Positions 46,801 to 57,334 are shown, numbered from the stretch's first letter. The stretch is 64,000 bases of DNA from Gammaproteobacteria bacterium (GCA_004172865.1 SEBV01000008.1:85933-149932); one strand, 5' to 3'. A program made the numbers and translations. The notes: generated by a model not told the origin, from the letters alone.

Positions 46801-48750
46801 GAAAAAAATATCAATATTCAGGAAGAAGATTTTACAGTTGTCGGCATTGGCGATATGGCGGGTGATGTATTTGGTAACGGCATGCTACTTTCACCGCATA
46901 TTTGCTTGGTCGCCACATTTAATCACATGCACATTTTTATTGACCCAACACCTGACGCTGCGAAAAGTTTTGTAGAGCGCCAGCGTTTATTCACTACACC
47001 AAAAACCAACTGGGCAGATTACGATAAATCGCTAATCAGTAACGGTGGTGGTGTTTTTAATCGCGATGCAAAAACCATAGCAATAACACCAGAAATGAAA
47101 ACTGCATTCGCAATTCATGAAGATAATTTAACGCCCACAGAATTAATTAATCGTTTGTTAAAAGCGCCGGTAGATTTAATTTGGAACGGCGGCATCGGTA
47201 CTTACGTTAAAGCATCAACGGAAACCAACGCCGAAGTAGGGGACAAGGCTAATGATAGCTTACGCGTTAATGGTGATGAGTTACGTTGCAAAGTGTTTGG
47301 CGAAGGCGGCAACTTAGGTGTGACCCAACGCGGACGCATTGAATATTCTTTAAATGGCGGCGCGTGCAATACTGATTTTATTGACAACGCAGGTGGTGTT
47401 GATTGCAGCGATCATGAAGTGAATATAAAAATTCTTTTGAATGAGGTTATCAGTAACGGTGATTTAACGGACAAGCAGCGCAACCAATTGCTTGCGAAAA
47501 TGACAGATAACGTTGCTGAGTTAGTGTTAAAAAATAATTATCGTCAGACTCTGGCAATAAGTATTGCTGAGACAGAAGCGCTTGCACGCGGAGCTGAATA
47601 TCGTCGTTTTATGACGGCGTTGGAAAGCCAAAAGCGTTTAAGTCGGAAATTGGAATTTTTACCTTCAGATGATATTTTGCTGGAGCGACAATCGCATAGC
47701 TTTGGTCTTACTCGCCCCGAATTAGCAATATTAATTTCATACGCTAAAGCTGTGCTGAAAGAAGATTTGGCTGCGGACAACATCGCTGAAAATACTTACG
47801 TTGCCAAAGCGATTGAAGGCGCATTCCCCGAAAAAATTGCAAAAGACTTTAGAGAACCACTTTATAACCATCGTCTGAAGCGCGAAATTGTCGCCACGCA
47901 AATTGCGAATGACATGGTTAATAATATGGGCATTAGCTTTGCCCAACGACTCTCTGAAGCCACTGGAGCCAGTGTGGGTAATGTTGCCAAAGCTTATATT
48001 GCAGCACGCGATGTTTATCAAATGGAAAAATTTATTCTGGATTTATCGGCGCTGGATTATAAAGTACCGGCTCAAATACAAAATGAATTGATGATCAGTA
48101 TGATGCGCCGTGTAAGACGTGCGACGCGTTGGTTTTTGCGTAACCGTCGTAGCAATATTGACCCAGCGGCTGAAATTGAATTTTTCGCGCCCGCAGTTAG
48201 TTTTGTTTCTGAAAAATTACCTTCATTGCTTTCAGGTACTCAACTTGAAGAGCTGCAAGCTCAACGTCAACGTTTGCAAGAAGCTGGTTTGCCGCAAGAG
48301 TTTATTGCACATGCTTCTTCGTCTTCCTATTTATATTCGGGTTTAAGTATTGCGGAAGCGGCGCGTCGCAGCGAAAGGTCAATGGAAGAAATTGCCGCGC
48401 TTTACTTCAGGTTAAGTGATTACTTAAGTTTGTCCTGGTTTGCTAATCAGATTGCACAAATTAAAGTGGATACCTTTTGGCAGGCCATGGCGCGCGAAAG
48501 TTATATGGATGATCTTGAATCGCAATTGCGTTCGCTCACGGTGTCATTGGTTAAATCCACTGGTAAGAAAATTGATATTCCAGAGTTAATTGAAAAATGG
48601 AGTAAACAACAATCCAGTTTAATTGGCAGATGGAAATTGATGGTAAATGAATTACAAGCGGCGAGCGGCACCGATTTTGCGGTCTTTTCGGTGGCTTTAC
48701 GTGAGCTTCTGGATTTGGCGCAAGCTACACAACACCGTGAAGCGAAATAA
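43882..48750 (+). CDS. gdhB: NAD-specific glutamate dehydrogenase, large (about 180 kDa) class
   Basis: 1622 aa. The central catalytic region (RGGLRWSDR, KNAVIVPNGAKGGF, ADKGTATFSD, GITARGAW, GDMAGDVFGNGML) is typical of Bac_GDH. GTG start with GGAG upstream. Confidence 0.93.
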   Translation: MNSQLVASQDLDTFIQDIRLFAGEKIPAAELQGFIKFTEYYFSRYPLDELAGRYLGDVFGSVYQWWRYIQQFDGVQPKVNLINPKLDVEGWVCPHTLLVVQQTDMPFLVDSIRIELNRRNIAIHAVKSTVLYVVRDNKHQLIDILDASDVQTPSQKEAFVYLEINLLTRKEELDDITESIQSVLAELTIVVRDFKPMLEAVAAAEENLSHAEKSVTVANVGESREFLAWLQNNNFTFLGYSEYEFGENNGKKFLQEKVDKRLGLFAHKGGEANYSDAEDLNSGMARFHLAPQVLTFSKSSVRSRIHRQAYSDYVVVKQFNDKGDVIGEARFLGLYTSSVYIVSPSTIPLIRHKVSKVFERTGLNPYSHDGKSLQQILDTFPRDELFLSNSSELFEMSTAIARINERYMVRLFMRRDPFGKFVSCLVYVPRDVFTTQMRLKFQAIIGQAINSTESEFNTYFSDSILARVHLVFKLDQNLPLDYDQEKLERQIREITRSWEDHLQASLVESHGEEKAMRLLQEYRDAFSSSYKEYFESRTAVHDIASVGELKTSDDIAMSFYQPVGAETNIVRFKIFRKTQTIELSDAIPVLENLGLRVLSENPYAIHTKTEGVIWLHDFKLSYNLPGVIDVLAVKDIFQEAFSAIWHKHTVNDSFNKLVLSAELNWREVFVLRAYAGYMHQTLFPFTEHYIANALVNQREIARSLIDLFKTKFDPDSPLSIEERAAKVNEQSQLIVSSLNAVSNLNEDRILRRFLALIDGSLRTNYYQALPDGSAKDYLSIKLSPRSIPEIPEPRPLYEIFVYSLRVEGVHLRGGKVARGGLRWSDRLQDYRTEVLGLVKAQQVKNAVIVPNGAKGGFVCKQPPQTGGREAIQQEGIACYKIFIRGLLDLTDNLVEGKLVSPKNVLRYDEDDPYLVVAADKGTATFSDIANSISAEYKHWLGDAFASGGSQGYDHKGMGITARGAWISVMRHFREKNINIQEEDFTVVGIGDMAGDVFGNGMLLSPHICLVATFNHMHIFIDPTPDAAKSFVERQRLFTTPKTNWADYDKSLISNGGGVFNRDAKTIAITPEMKTAFAIHEDNLTPTELINRLLKAPVDLIWNGGIGTYVKASTETNAEVGDKANDSLRVNGDELRCKVFGEGGNLGVTQRGRIEYSLNGGACNTDFIDNAGGVDCSDHEVNIKILLNEVISNGDLTDKQRNQLLAKMTDNVAELVLKNNYRQTLAISIAETEALARGAEYRRFMTALESQKRLSRKLEFLPSDDILLERQSHSFGLTRPELAILISYAKAVLKEDLAADNIAENTYVAKAIEGAFPEKIAKDFREPLYNHRLKREIVATQIANDMVNNMGISFAQRLSEATGASVGNVAKAYIAARDVYQMEKFILDLSALDYKVPAQIQNELMISMMRRVRRATRWFLRNRRSNIDPAAEIEFFAPAVSFVSEKLPSLLSGTQLEELQAQRQRLQEAGLPQEFIAHASSSSYLYSGLSIAEAARRSERSMEEIAALYFRLSDYLSLSWFANQIAQIKVDTFWQAMARESYMDDLESQLRSLTVSLVKSTGKKIDIPELIEKWSKQQSSLIGRWKLMVNELQAASGTDFAVFSVALRELLDLAQATQHREAK

Positions 48751-48873
48751 CTAATAATTTTTTTGAGTAAATTTTATTAGAGAATATTTTCGCGCAGGAG
48801 TAAGTTTTCCACAAGAAATTTATCTAGTTCGAAAATATCTTCAATTAAAAAACTCTTATTGTAGAGGTTTGTT

Positions 48874-49095
48874 TTGCGTTCAATTATTGTGCCCTTAAAA
48901 ATTTATCCGGAAGAATTTCAGCGTCTGTACGAGGGCAACGTGAAAGATGTGAGTGCGCGCAGTATTGATGGTTTGAGAGTGCGTTTTCCCGCTAATATTT
49001 TACGCCCGTACATAACTCATGCGGGCGTTATGGGTACCTTTGCAATACATTTTTCAGACGACAATAAATTCCAGGGCATAGAAAAAATCGACTAA
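48874..49095 (+). CDS. DUF2835-like small protein
   Basis: 73 aa. The pattern YEG...V.A.S.DG..V.FPA..LRP resembles DUF2835. TTG start with AGAGG upstream. Confidence 0.5.
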   Translation: MRSIIVPLKIYPEEFQRLYEGNVKDVSARSIDGLRVRFPANILRPYITHAGVMGTFAIHFSDDNKFQGIEKID

Positions 49096-49159
49096 AAAGC
49101 CTGATTCCAGTATTCTGCACGCCAAATTTTATCTATATCACTTTGTTTTAGGGCTAAGC

Positions 49160-50194
49160 ATGTATACCCACCTTCGCGATTTACTCTTCAAGCTTGATGC
49201 TGAAACCTCTCACGAATTCAGTTTGGATCTTATCGGTGCCGCTGAACGGCTGCAGTTGCTTAAATTTTTCATGTCCGATATTCCGCCTAATCCCGTGGAA
49301 GTTATGGGAATCACCTTTCCTAATCCCGTGGGTTTGGCCGCTGGACTGGATAAAAATGGCGATTACTTTAATGCGCTGGGTTTAATGGGATTTGGCTTTG
49401 TAGAAATCGGAACCATCACGCCGAGACCGCAGGCGGGCAACCCCAAGCCGCGGTTATTTCGCATCCCAGAAGCGCAAGCCATCATCAATCGCATGGGTTT
49501 TAATAATAAAGGCGTTGACCACCTTATAGCGCAAGTTAAGCAGCGTCGTTATAAAGGTATTTTGGGAATTAATATCGGCAAGAACGCCACTACGCCCGTC
49601 GAAAAGGCGGCGGATGATTATGTGATTTGCATGCAAAAAGTTTATGCACACGCCGACTATATTACGGTGAATGTTTCATCGCCAAATACACAAGGCTTAC
49701 GCGATTTACAATTTGGCGATTCATTAAATCGACTCCTTGAAACTATTAAAATCGAACAAGCTAAATTACAAGTTTTGCATGGCCGCTACGTTCCTGTCGC
49801 TGTAAAAATCGCACCGGATATGGATAGCGAAGCAGTTTCGCACGTTGCGCAAACTTTATTAGCGCAAGACATTGATGGTGTTATTGCAACCAATACGACG
49901 ATTGGTCGCGAAGGTGTAGAAACTTTCCAAACCAGCGAAGAAACCGGTGGTTTAAGTGGATTTCCCGTTCGTGATAAAAGCACTCGTGTTATCAGGGCTC
50001 TCTACGCTGAACTTGGCGATAAGTTGCCGATTATTGGTGTGGGAGGAATCACTGATGGTGAAAGCGCCGCAGAAAAAATTAAAGCCGGCGCGAAATTGGT
50101 TCAAATTTACAGCGGATTTATTTATCGCGGTCCAGCCCTAATTGGTGAGGCGGCCAGGGCAATTGTGGATTTGAAAAATATAAATTCTTTATAA
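49160..50194 (+). CDS. pyrD: Dihydroorotate dehydrogenase (quinone), class 2
   Basis: [40 protein letters not shown] and GGI..G motifs. Confidence 0.95.
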   Translation: MYTHLRDLLFKLDAETSHEFSLDLIGAAERLQLLKFFMSDIPPNPVEVMGITFPNPVGLAAGLDKNGDYFNALGLMGFGFVEIGTITPRPQAGNPKPRLFRIPEAQAIINRMGFNNKGVDHLIAQVKQRRYKGILGINIGKNATTPVEKAADDYVICMQKVYAHADYITVNVSSPNTQGLRDLQFGDSLNRLLETIKIEQAKLQVLHGRYVPVAVKIAPDMDSEAVSHVAQTLLAQDIDGVIATNTTIGREGVETFQTSEETGGLSGFPVRDKSTRVIRALYAELGDKLPIIGVGGITDGESAAEKIKAGAKLVQIYSGFIYRGPALIGEAARAIVDLKNINSL

Positions 50195-50204
50195 ATCATA
50201 AAAG

Positions 50205-50232
50205 AAAAGGCCTCATTCAAGAGGCCTTTTTT
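50205..50232. terminator. Rho-independent terminator after pyrD
   Basis: AAAGGCCTC-ATTCAA-GAGGCCTTT followed by a T-run. Confidence 0.75.
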
Positions 50233-50320
50233 GGTAGCTCGATTTCGCCAATCAGCGAATTAATTTTTAAGTAAGAAGTAAATGTATTTGAATGTAGTTT
50301 TGCTGATGCAATCTGGTTGA

Positions 50321-50554
50321 TCAGCCTGACGATGCCAGCGCTGACATCGGTTGTAAATTGTTGAGTTTTTGAACTTGAGCCATTCGGTTCAGTCCGTCCC
50401 ATTGATCTACTCTTGATTCTCTCCATCCGCTAAGCCACTGCTGTCGAGCGAGGCCGGTTTCGTGGGGGCATAAGCTACGCGATCGACCGTCGATCCCGGC
50501 TTGGTAGCCTTTTGCAAAAGCGCGTTCTGTATGATCTCGTTTCTGACTTTTCAT
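50321..50554 (-). CDS. rmf: Ribosome modulation factor
   Basis: MKSQKRDHTERAFAKGYQAGIDGRSRSLCP...QQWLSGWRE matches the Rmf core. The ATG at 50554 is preferred over the upstream GTG at 50566. Confidence 0.85.
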   Translation of the reverse strand: MKSQKRDHTERAFAKGYQAGIDGRSRSLCPHETGLARQQWLSGWRESRVDQWDGLNRMAQVQKLNNLQPMSALASSG

Positions 50555-50867
50555 CCTATAAGACACCTCTTTATTAAATCTATTAGATTACAAAGAACTA
50601 AAGTTATATAGACATCTTCAACGACTTGGTACAATACCTCTCTTGGTTGCTTGACATGGTGGTGGAACAAACTTTTGAGCAAAACCTTAATTGGTTGAGT
50701 CAGTAAGTTCGACCAGTACACCAACAAAGGTTCCGCTTGTGAACGACTTTATTCTTCTAGATAAATCCTTGCATAGCACTCGAAGCTCTAGCGGACGGGT
50801 TTGACAACCCAGCCCAGCTGCACATTTGCACAAAATCTAGCCAAATCGGCTTTAACTGGCATTACTA

Positions 50868-53123
50868 ATGACACAATTTCAATTTTTCGCGACATGTCCT
50901 AAAAGTCTTGAGGGACTTTTATTTTCAGAATTAAATCAGCTGGGTGCTACCGAGCTGCGTGAAACGGTAGCAGGTGTGTACTTTAGTGGTAGCATCGAAA
51001 CGGCCTACCGCGTTTGCCTGTGGTCGCGACTCGCAAACAAAATTTTATTACCGCTCGCCAGTTTTGACGTGAGCAGTCAGGAAGATCTTTACGATGGCGT
51101 TCGTAAAATTGCCTGGCAGGATCATCTAAGTCCCACAGGTTCATTGCTCGTTGATTTCGTCGGCAGCAGCGATGCCATTCGCAACACTCAATTCGGCGCT
51201 GTAAAGGTTAAAGATGCAATTGTGGATTGCTTGCGTGATCACAGCGGCGAGCGTCCATCCGTCGCCAAGCACGACCCCGATTTACGCGTGAATGCTCGGC
51301 TGAGCCGCGATAAGGTTGTTATCAGCCTGGATCTATCGGGCGAGAGTTTGCATCGCCGTGGTTATCGCTTGAAACAGGGCAGTGCGCCCATGAAGGAAAA
51401 CCTTGCGGCTGGCATATTGTTGCGCGCCGGTTGGCCGGAAATTGCGGAGCAAGGCGGGGCTTTGTTAGACCCTATGTGCGGCTCAGGTACGATTTTAATT
51501 GAAGCTGCTTTAATCGCAGCGGATATTGCGCCTGGATTGGGACGCGTGAGTTTTGGCTTTGAACGTTGGCTCAAACATGACAACACTATTTGGCAGGCTT
51601 TACGTAATGAAGCGCATGAGCGACGCCGAATTGGTTTGGAAAAAGAACTGCCAGAAATTCGCGGTTACGATGCAGATTTAAAAGTTATACGCGCCGCTGA
51701 AGAAAATATTGTCACCGCAGAATTGGATCATTGGTTGCGCGTAAGTCGTAAAGAACTCGCCGAATTTAAAAAGCCAACGCATACCGATATTAAAAATGGT
51801 TTGGTATTAAGCAACCCACCTTATGGCGAGCGCCTCGGTGAAATTGAATCGTTAAAAATGCTATACGCGCATTTGGGTGAGCGGTTGCGTACTGAATTTC
51901 AAGGTTGGCGTGCCGGTGTTTTCACAGGCAATCCTGAACTTGGGAAACAAATGGGTTTACGCTCTGATAAAAAATATAAATTATTTAACGGTACTATTCC
52001 CAGCGAATTATTAATGTTCAATATCGCCAGCGAAGCTTTCGTACAAAGCCGTGTTGAACAAGATGGTCGTTTTAGTCGTGATAATGAAGAGCGCGCAGCC
52101 GCTGAAGAATTGGTGCGTGAAACTAATCGCCAAGAGCAAGCTGATGCGCTTTCAAACGGTGCGCAAATGCTGGTTAACCGTTTGCAAAAAAATCTCAAGC
52201 AATTGGAAAAATGGGCGCGCAAAAACGATATTAATGCCTACCGTTTATACGATGCCGATATGCCGGAATATTCCGCCGCGATTGATGTTTATTGTGGGCA
52301 GACTCAACCAGGCAAAGCCGAGCAATGGTATGCGAACGTACAGGAATACGCCGCTCCAAAATCGGTTGATGAAGATCGTGCAGCACAACGATTTGCTGAA
52401 ATAGAATTGGCTGTGCCTTTTGCATTAAATATTCCTGCACAACACATCAGCTACAAACAGCGCCGCCGCAACAAGGGCACAATGCAGTATGAAAAATTAA
52501 CTGAGTTGCCAACGGGCGATGTGTTCAGCGTGCAAGAAGGCGCGGCAAAATTACATATCAATATGTGGCAATATTTGGATACAGGTTTATTTCTAGATCA
52601 CCGCCCTGTGCGCAAACTTATTGCGCAAATGGCGAAAGATAAACGCTTCTTGAATTTATTTTGCTACACCGCAACCGCGAGTGTGCATGCGGCTATGGGC
52701 GGGGCGCGTTATACAGTGAGTGTGGATATGTCTAACACTTACTTGAATTGGGCACGCAAAAATTTTGCGCTCAATGGTTTGAGCGAATCCAAAAACCGTT
52801 TGGAACAAGCTGATTGTTTAAAGTGGCTGGAAGAAAACGAACAGCAATATGATTTGATTTTGTTGGACCCGCCAAGTTTTTCAAATTCCAAGCGTATGGA
52901 AGATGTTCTTGACGTTCAGCGCGATCACGTAGATATGATTCACAATGCCATGCGAGTGTTGGATGAAAAGGGCACTTTGATTTTCTCCAACAATTTGCGT
53001 ACCTTTAAATTGGACGCTGAAGCTTTAAGCTCTTACACCATAAAAGATATAAGTTCGCAGACCATTGATGAAGACTTTAAGCGCAATACTAAAATTCATC
53101 AGTGTTGGCTTGTAACGCATTGA
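50868..53123 (+). CDS. rlmL: Bifunctional 23S rRNA m2G2445 / m7G2069 methyltransferase RlmKL
   Basis: 751 aa with THUMP plus two SAM-methyltransferase domains (DPMCGSGT, NPPYGER, LDPPSFS). Confidence 0.92.
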   Translation: MTQFQFFATCPKSLEGLLFSELNQLGATELRETVAGVYFSGSIETAYRVCLWSRLANKILLPLASFDVSSQEDLYDGVRKIAWQDHLSPTGSLLVDFVGSSDAIRNTQFGAVKVKDAIVDCLRDHSGERPSVAKHDPDLRVNARLSRDKVVISLDLSGESLHRRGYRLKQGSAPMKENLAAGILLRAGWPEIAEQGGALLDPMCGSGTILIEAALIAADIAPGLGRVSFGFERWLKHDNTIWQALRNEAHERRRIGLEKELPEIRGYDADLKVIRAAEENIVTAELDHWLRVSRKELAEFKKPTHTDIKNGLVLSNPPYGERLGEIESLKMLYAHLGERLRTEFQGWRAGVFTGNPELGKQMGLRSDKKYKLFNGTIPSELLMFNIASEAFVQSRVEQDGRFSRDNEERAAAEELVRETNRQEQADALSNGAQMLVNRLQKNLKQLEKWARKNDINAYRLYDADMPEYSAAIDVYCGQTQPGKAEQWYANVQEYAAPKSVDEDRAAQRFAEIELAVPFALNIPAQHISYKQRRRNKGTMQYEKLTELPTGDVFSVQEGAAKLHINMWQYLDTGLFLDHRPVRKLIAQMAKDKRFLNLFCYTATASVHAAMGGARYTVSVDMSNTYLNWARKNFALNGLSESKNRLEQADCLKWLEENEQQYDLILLDPPSFSNSKRMEDVLDVQRDHVDMIHNAMRVLDEKGTLIFSNNLRTFKLDAEALSSYTIKDISSQTIDEDFKRNTKIHQCWLVTH

Positions 53124-53136
53124 TTTGTACGCGCAA

Positions 53137-53850
53137 TTAAAAACTCAATAACTCCTTAAGTTCCACCGCATTACGGCGAGACACTTCAAGTGTCTTGCCG
53201 TCGCTCATGGTTATTTCATAGCCATCGCCTATCGCTTCTTCAATACTGGTAATCGCATGTAAATTGACCACGTATTGCCGGTTAGCGCGAAAGAAATATT
53301 TTTTTGGTAAACGTTCTTCAATATTATTCAAAGATTTCTTCACAAAAGCATTTTCATTGTTGAAGAAAATACGAACATAATTTTTGCAGCTTTCAAAATA
53401 ACGGATTGATTCTAGCCCGATTAAAAAACATTTCTCACCATCTTTTACAAACATGCGGCTGTGAATATCCAGCGGAAGTTTGTTTAAGCTAGCAGCTTCG
53501 CTGTTGGAATTAGTAAGCTTGTTGATAGCTATGCCAAGTCGTTCATCACTCACCGGCTTTAATAAATAATCTATGGTATTAAAGTCGAATGAACGAATCG
53601 CGTATTCGGAATAGGCGGTCGTAAATATTATTTTTGGTAGATACTCAAGTTTTTCCAATAAATCAAATCCACTTTCACCGGGCATGTGAATATCTAAAAA
53701 AATAACATCAGGATGATGTTCATGTATAAGAGTTAATGCGCTGGAAGGATGCTCCGCCGCACCAACAACATCAATTTGCGGATGCGCTTGTAACATTCGA
53801 ACTAAACCTTCTCTCGCTAAGCGAGAATCCTCAACAACGATTGCTTTCAT
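53137..53850 (-). CDS. LytTR-family response regulator
   Basis: Receiver domain (IVVEDS, FLDIHMPG) plus a LytTR DNA-binding domain (FFRANRQYVVNL). Its start overlaps the kinase stop (ATGA). Confidence 0.9.
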   Translation of the reverse strand: MKAIVVEDSRLAREGLVRMLQAHPQIDVVGAAEHPSSALTLIHEHHPDVIFLDIHMPGESGFDLLEKLEYLPKIIFTTAYSEYAIRSFDFNTIDYLLKPVSDERLGIAINKLTNSNSEAASLNKLPLDIHSRMFVKDGEKCFLIGLESIRYFESCKNYVRIFFNNENAFVKKSLNNIEERLPKKYFFRANRQYVVNLHAITSIEEAIGDGYEITMSDGKTLEVSRRNAVELKELLSF

Positions 53851-54944
53851 TGTGGAATTTCCTTGGGTATTTTTAGCGTTACAGTGAACTCTGCGTGTGT
53901 TTTTGAAATAATGAAGTCGCTATCTGAACCGTAAAGCAGCTCAAGTCTTCTCGCTATGTTTTTTAAGCCAATGCCTGTTGTCGGCTGCTTTATCGGGTTG
54001 TGATTGGGTAGGTCATTAATAACGGTGAAATAAATATAATTATCGTCCGCAGCGGATTCAACTGTGAGTTTGCCACCTTCCTGAATATTTTCGATACCGT
54101 GTTTAATACTGTTTTCAACGAGTAACTGTAGGGACATTGGCGGAATCAAAAAGCGATAATGTTCCAGTGGTATTAGTATTTTAAAACTCAAGCGCTCTTC
54201 CAATTGCGATTTTATAATGTCGATGTAATTTTCAATAATCGCTACTTCTTCTCCCACTAAAACTTTTTCTTTACTGCTGCTTTCAAGGGAATAACGCAGA
54301 ATATCTGAAAGCGAAACAATCATTGCATCTGCATGTTGCTGGTTTTCATGAACCATAAAACGAATGTTATTTAGCGCATTGAATAAAAAATGTGGATTTA
54401 GCTGATTTGAGAGGCTGTTTAGTGTGGCTTCTTTTAAATTGTGTTGTGATCTCGCGTAGAGTAGTTCAGTTTCTCTAATTCGTTTGGTCGACGTAATACT
54501 GTTATAAAGAAAAATCCATGCTGAAATAAATACTGTAGTTTGTATCCAGTTTCCCGCTATTGATCCCATCACCAATTTCGCAAGGCTTAATTTATTGGTG
54601 CTATGAGGAATGATATCGCTAGTAAGTTCTTGATAAAAAAATGATGAAAATATAGCTGACATCATGACTGCGATGGTTAGGCCCGATGAAAGCGAGTAGA
54701 CGATACTGTATTCAACAAATTGTTTACTTGATAAATCTTTCCAGTTAAGTGTTTTATATAAGTTTCTAAATAAAAGTACAGCGATTGTAAAAAGCGGGAA
54801 CCAGAACATATCGCAAAAAAATATAAAACGCGCAATATCCTGCATTGGAACAATGATCACCATTTGCGTCGCAGCAAGGAAGAGCATGAACAGCCCATGA
54901 TCCAGCCAGAACTTTTGATCGTGTGGAAAAAATAATACCTTCAT
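53847..54944 (-). CDS. LytS/YehU-type sensor histidine kinase
   Basis: About five N-terminal TM segments. His_kinase motif QLNPHFLFNALNNI and a C-terminal HATPase region (GIGLKNI). Confidence 0.88.
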   Translation of the reverse strand: MKVLFFPHDQKFWLDHGLFMLFLAATQMVIIVPMQDIARFIFFCDMFWFPLFTIAVLLFRNLYKTLNWKDLSSKQFVEYSIVYSLSSGLTIAVMMSAIFSSFFYQELTSDIIPHSTNKLSLAKLVMGSIAGNWIQTTVFISAWIFLYNSITSTKRIRETELLYARSQHNLKEATLNSLSNQLNPHFLFNALNNIRFMVHENQQHADAMIVSLSDILRYSLESSSKEKVLVGEEVAIIENYIDIIKSQLEERLSFKILIPLEHYRFLIPPMSLQLLVENSIKHGIENIQEGGKLTVESAADDNYIYFTVINDLPNHNPIKQPTTGIGLKNIARRLELLYGSDSDFIISKTHAEFTVTLKIPKEIPQ

Positions 54945-55011
54945 AGGCGACAGACTAATAGTGATTAATGGTTACAAGCGAGCACCCAAAAGAGTGCTCA
55001 CATAAAACTTA

Positions 55012-56880
55012 TTATACGACCCAACCCATAAATCCGGTAATACCGAAATAAGTGAAATAAATTGCCAGAAGTGCGAGTAACACAGAAAGTATCGCCGCAT
55101 TGACATAGACAAACCTGTTCATTGGTTCGTTTCTGTATTTATAGACTGTTATTAGACTAATAATAGTGAATATCGGATAGATAACAGTGGTTATAAAAAT
55201 ACCAATTGATACCCAGCTTAGAATCCCCATCAAGACATTGCCACCATAAGCGGTGACCAAAATAAAAAACATAAAAAGCGCCAAGCTTGCCAGCAAAGGC
55301 CAGATACGAATTTTAATACTGGCAGAATTGGTAATTTTTCCTAATAACATGCGAGATAACCAAACCATTGCAAACAAAAAATTGGCGATGATGAACAGCG
55401 CTAATAAAAGAAAGAGCGCAATGCCACCGTAAAAAATTACGGCAGGAATACGCTTATAAAGATCACCTTCCACTTGAAGTGTTTCGCCTGCAAGAGGGTC
55501 GTTTACGACCGCGATGCTGGGAAGGCCGGTCCACGGGTTAACCAATAAATTTTCTCCAATCGCGTAATCGTTACTTTCCCACCCGCCAAATATTGGGCTG
55601 CGATGAATTTTGTTATCGCTTACGGAGATTTTTATTGCGCTTTCTATGTTGTCAGTGAATCTGGTAATTTCAATGCGAGGATTAAGGTGTATATAAATAC
55701 CAGCCAGAGTATTTAATTTGCTTGAAAGAGGAATTCCATTGACAACCTTTTTCTCATGACCTCTTAATAAATAGCTCATTACTAATTGGGTAATTTGCCA
55801 AGACGATCCGTTGTTGGTGTTAGTCATTACAACATAGCCTTCGCCTAAGCTTGGAGAATACATCATTTCTGAAAAACTACCGACGCTTCCACCGTCATGT
55901 CCGTGAAAATCGTATCCAAAATCTTCGTAGCCTTTAGTGAGATTATTTAAACCATGGCCCGCTGTAATTCCTTGTGCATTTCCTAAAGTAGATGTTGGTT
56001 TTTCCATTCTCTCTATCGATTTGCTGTCTAAAATATTTTTTCCTAAAAACTCCCCACGGTTAATAAAAAATTGAAGTAAGTTTGCCATTTCTTTTGTGGA
56101 GGAATGAAGTGAACCGGATGGTCTATATTTTGAGAATGCGTAGTTTTCAGGATTTCCGATAGCGTTGTAAGCTACAGCTCCATGTCTATCGTATTCGCTT
56201 GTTTTGTAGAAGCTGGTTGTATTCATGCCCAAAGGTGTAAAGAAGTTTTCCTTTACATAGTCTTCATATGTTTTACCACTAATTTTTTCGACGATATAAG
56301 CTGCTACTGCTGGCCCAGTTGAGTTATACGCGTAGCGTGTACCGGGTATCCAGCGCGATGTACGGGAGTCAGAGTGAAAATCCAGGGCATGCTTGAGACT
56401 TGTGGAATCTGATGCTTTAAAATTAATTTCCGCAAGGTGAACTTCATCCCAGCCAGTCGTGTGTTCCAATATATGTACTAGCAAAACTGGATTCGTTTTT
56501 TCCCATTTATTTTCATACGCAATTTCAGGTGCTAGATCCTGCAGTTTATCATCGAGAAGTAATTTTTTTTCTTCAACTAATTTTAGTACCGATAAAGATG
56601 CAAAAATTTTTGAAATTGAATCGAGAGCGAATAATGTATTTTCATCAACATTGACATGCTTCTCCGTATTTGCTTCTCCCAACCCTGCGATCCAATAAGG
56701 TCCGTCTTTATTAACCAATGCAATACCAACGCCTGGGGTGTTCGTGTCCTTGCGAATTTTTTCAATTGCACTTTTTAATTCTTCCAATGTTTGTGGTGGT
56801 TTAGGCTGATCGTTTGCGGATGAAACTTGTGTAAATAGTAGCAGCGTAATTAGTGCGAGAATTTTTGATAGCATCTTCAT
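55012..56880 (-). CDS. Beta-lactamase / PBP-fold serine hydrolase fused to a C-terminal multi-TM domain
   Basis: Signal peptide, an S-x-x-K motif (SISK) and a Y-x-N motif (YAYNSTG). The C-terminal 150 aa contain about five hydrophobic helices. AAAGGAG SD. Confidence 0.8.
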   Translation of the reverse strand: MKMLSKILALITLLLFTQVSSANDQPKPPQTLEELKSAIEKIRKDTNTPGVGIALVNKDGPYWIAGLGEANTEKHVNVDENTLFALDSISKIFASLSVLKLVEEKKLLLDDKLQDLAPEIAYENKWEKTNPVLLVHILEHTTGWDEVHLAEINFKASDSTSLKHALDFHSDSRTSRWIPGTRYAYNSTGPAVAAYIVEKISGKTYEDYVKENFFTPLGMNTTSFYKTSEYDRHGAVAYNAIGNPENYAFSKYRPSGSLHSSTKEMANLLQFFINRGEFLGKNILDSKSIERMEKPTSTLGNAQGITAGHGLNNLTKGYEDFGYDFHGHDGGSVGSFSEMMYSPSLGEGYVVMTNTNNGSSWQITQLVMSYLLRGHEKKVVNGIPLSSKLNTLAGIYIHLNPRIEITRFTDNIESAIKISVSDNKIHRSPIFGGWESNDYAIGENLLVNPWTGLPSIAVVNDPLAGETLQVEGDLYKRIPAVIFYGGIALFLLLALFIIANFLFAMVWLSRMLLGKITNSASIKIRIWPLLASLALFMFFILVTAYGGNVLMGILSWVSIGIFITTVIYPIFTIISLITVYKYRNEPMNRFVYVNAAILSVLLALLAIYFTYFGITGFMGWVV

Positions 56881-56900
56881 AGTTAGCTCCTTTAAATGTC

Positions 56901-57173
56901 TTATTGATTTATGGTTAGATAGAAAACACTCGTTGTAATTACCAGTAGGAGAATTTGATAGACAAAAAGCTCAACCAAGGTTGAGTCTCGCAATAGATTT
57001 TGGAGTTTTGTAACCGCGTAATATTTTTGTTTATGTGGTTTGCAACGAGTATGTGTGTTTTCTAGCGAAGAAAATTTAACTAGGGATTGTGTTTTCTTAG
57101 GCTCAGAGGAAATTGTTTGCGCCGAAAAAAACAAAAAGAGGCAAAGCAGATAAATAGATAGGCAGAACTTCAT
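56901..57173 (-). CDS. Possible small secreted or membrane protein (90 aa)
   Basis: N-terminal signal-like segment and a C-terminal hydrophobic helix. Its stop is 20 nt before the next gene start on the same strand. No family recognised. Confidence 0.3.
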   Translation of the reverse strand: MKFCLSIYLLCLFLFFSAQTISSEPKKTQSLVKFSSLENTHTRCKPHKQKYYAVTKLQNLLRDSTLVELFVYQILLLVITTSVFYLTINQ

Positions 57174-57334
57174 CCGATTCCCTCATTCAGTTTGTAGTTA
57201 AACTTCTGAGGTGGGAGATTAATTTGGTTGATGACTAGCGGGGAATTAAAGTGCCAAGTGGCGATAATCGATTATAAGCGGTCGGGACTTTTAAAATTTA
57301 TAGAAGGTAAAGTGGTGGTGTGGCAGAAAAGCGA

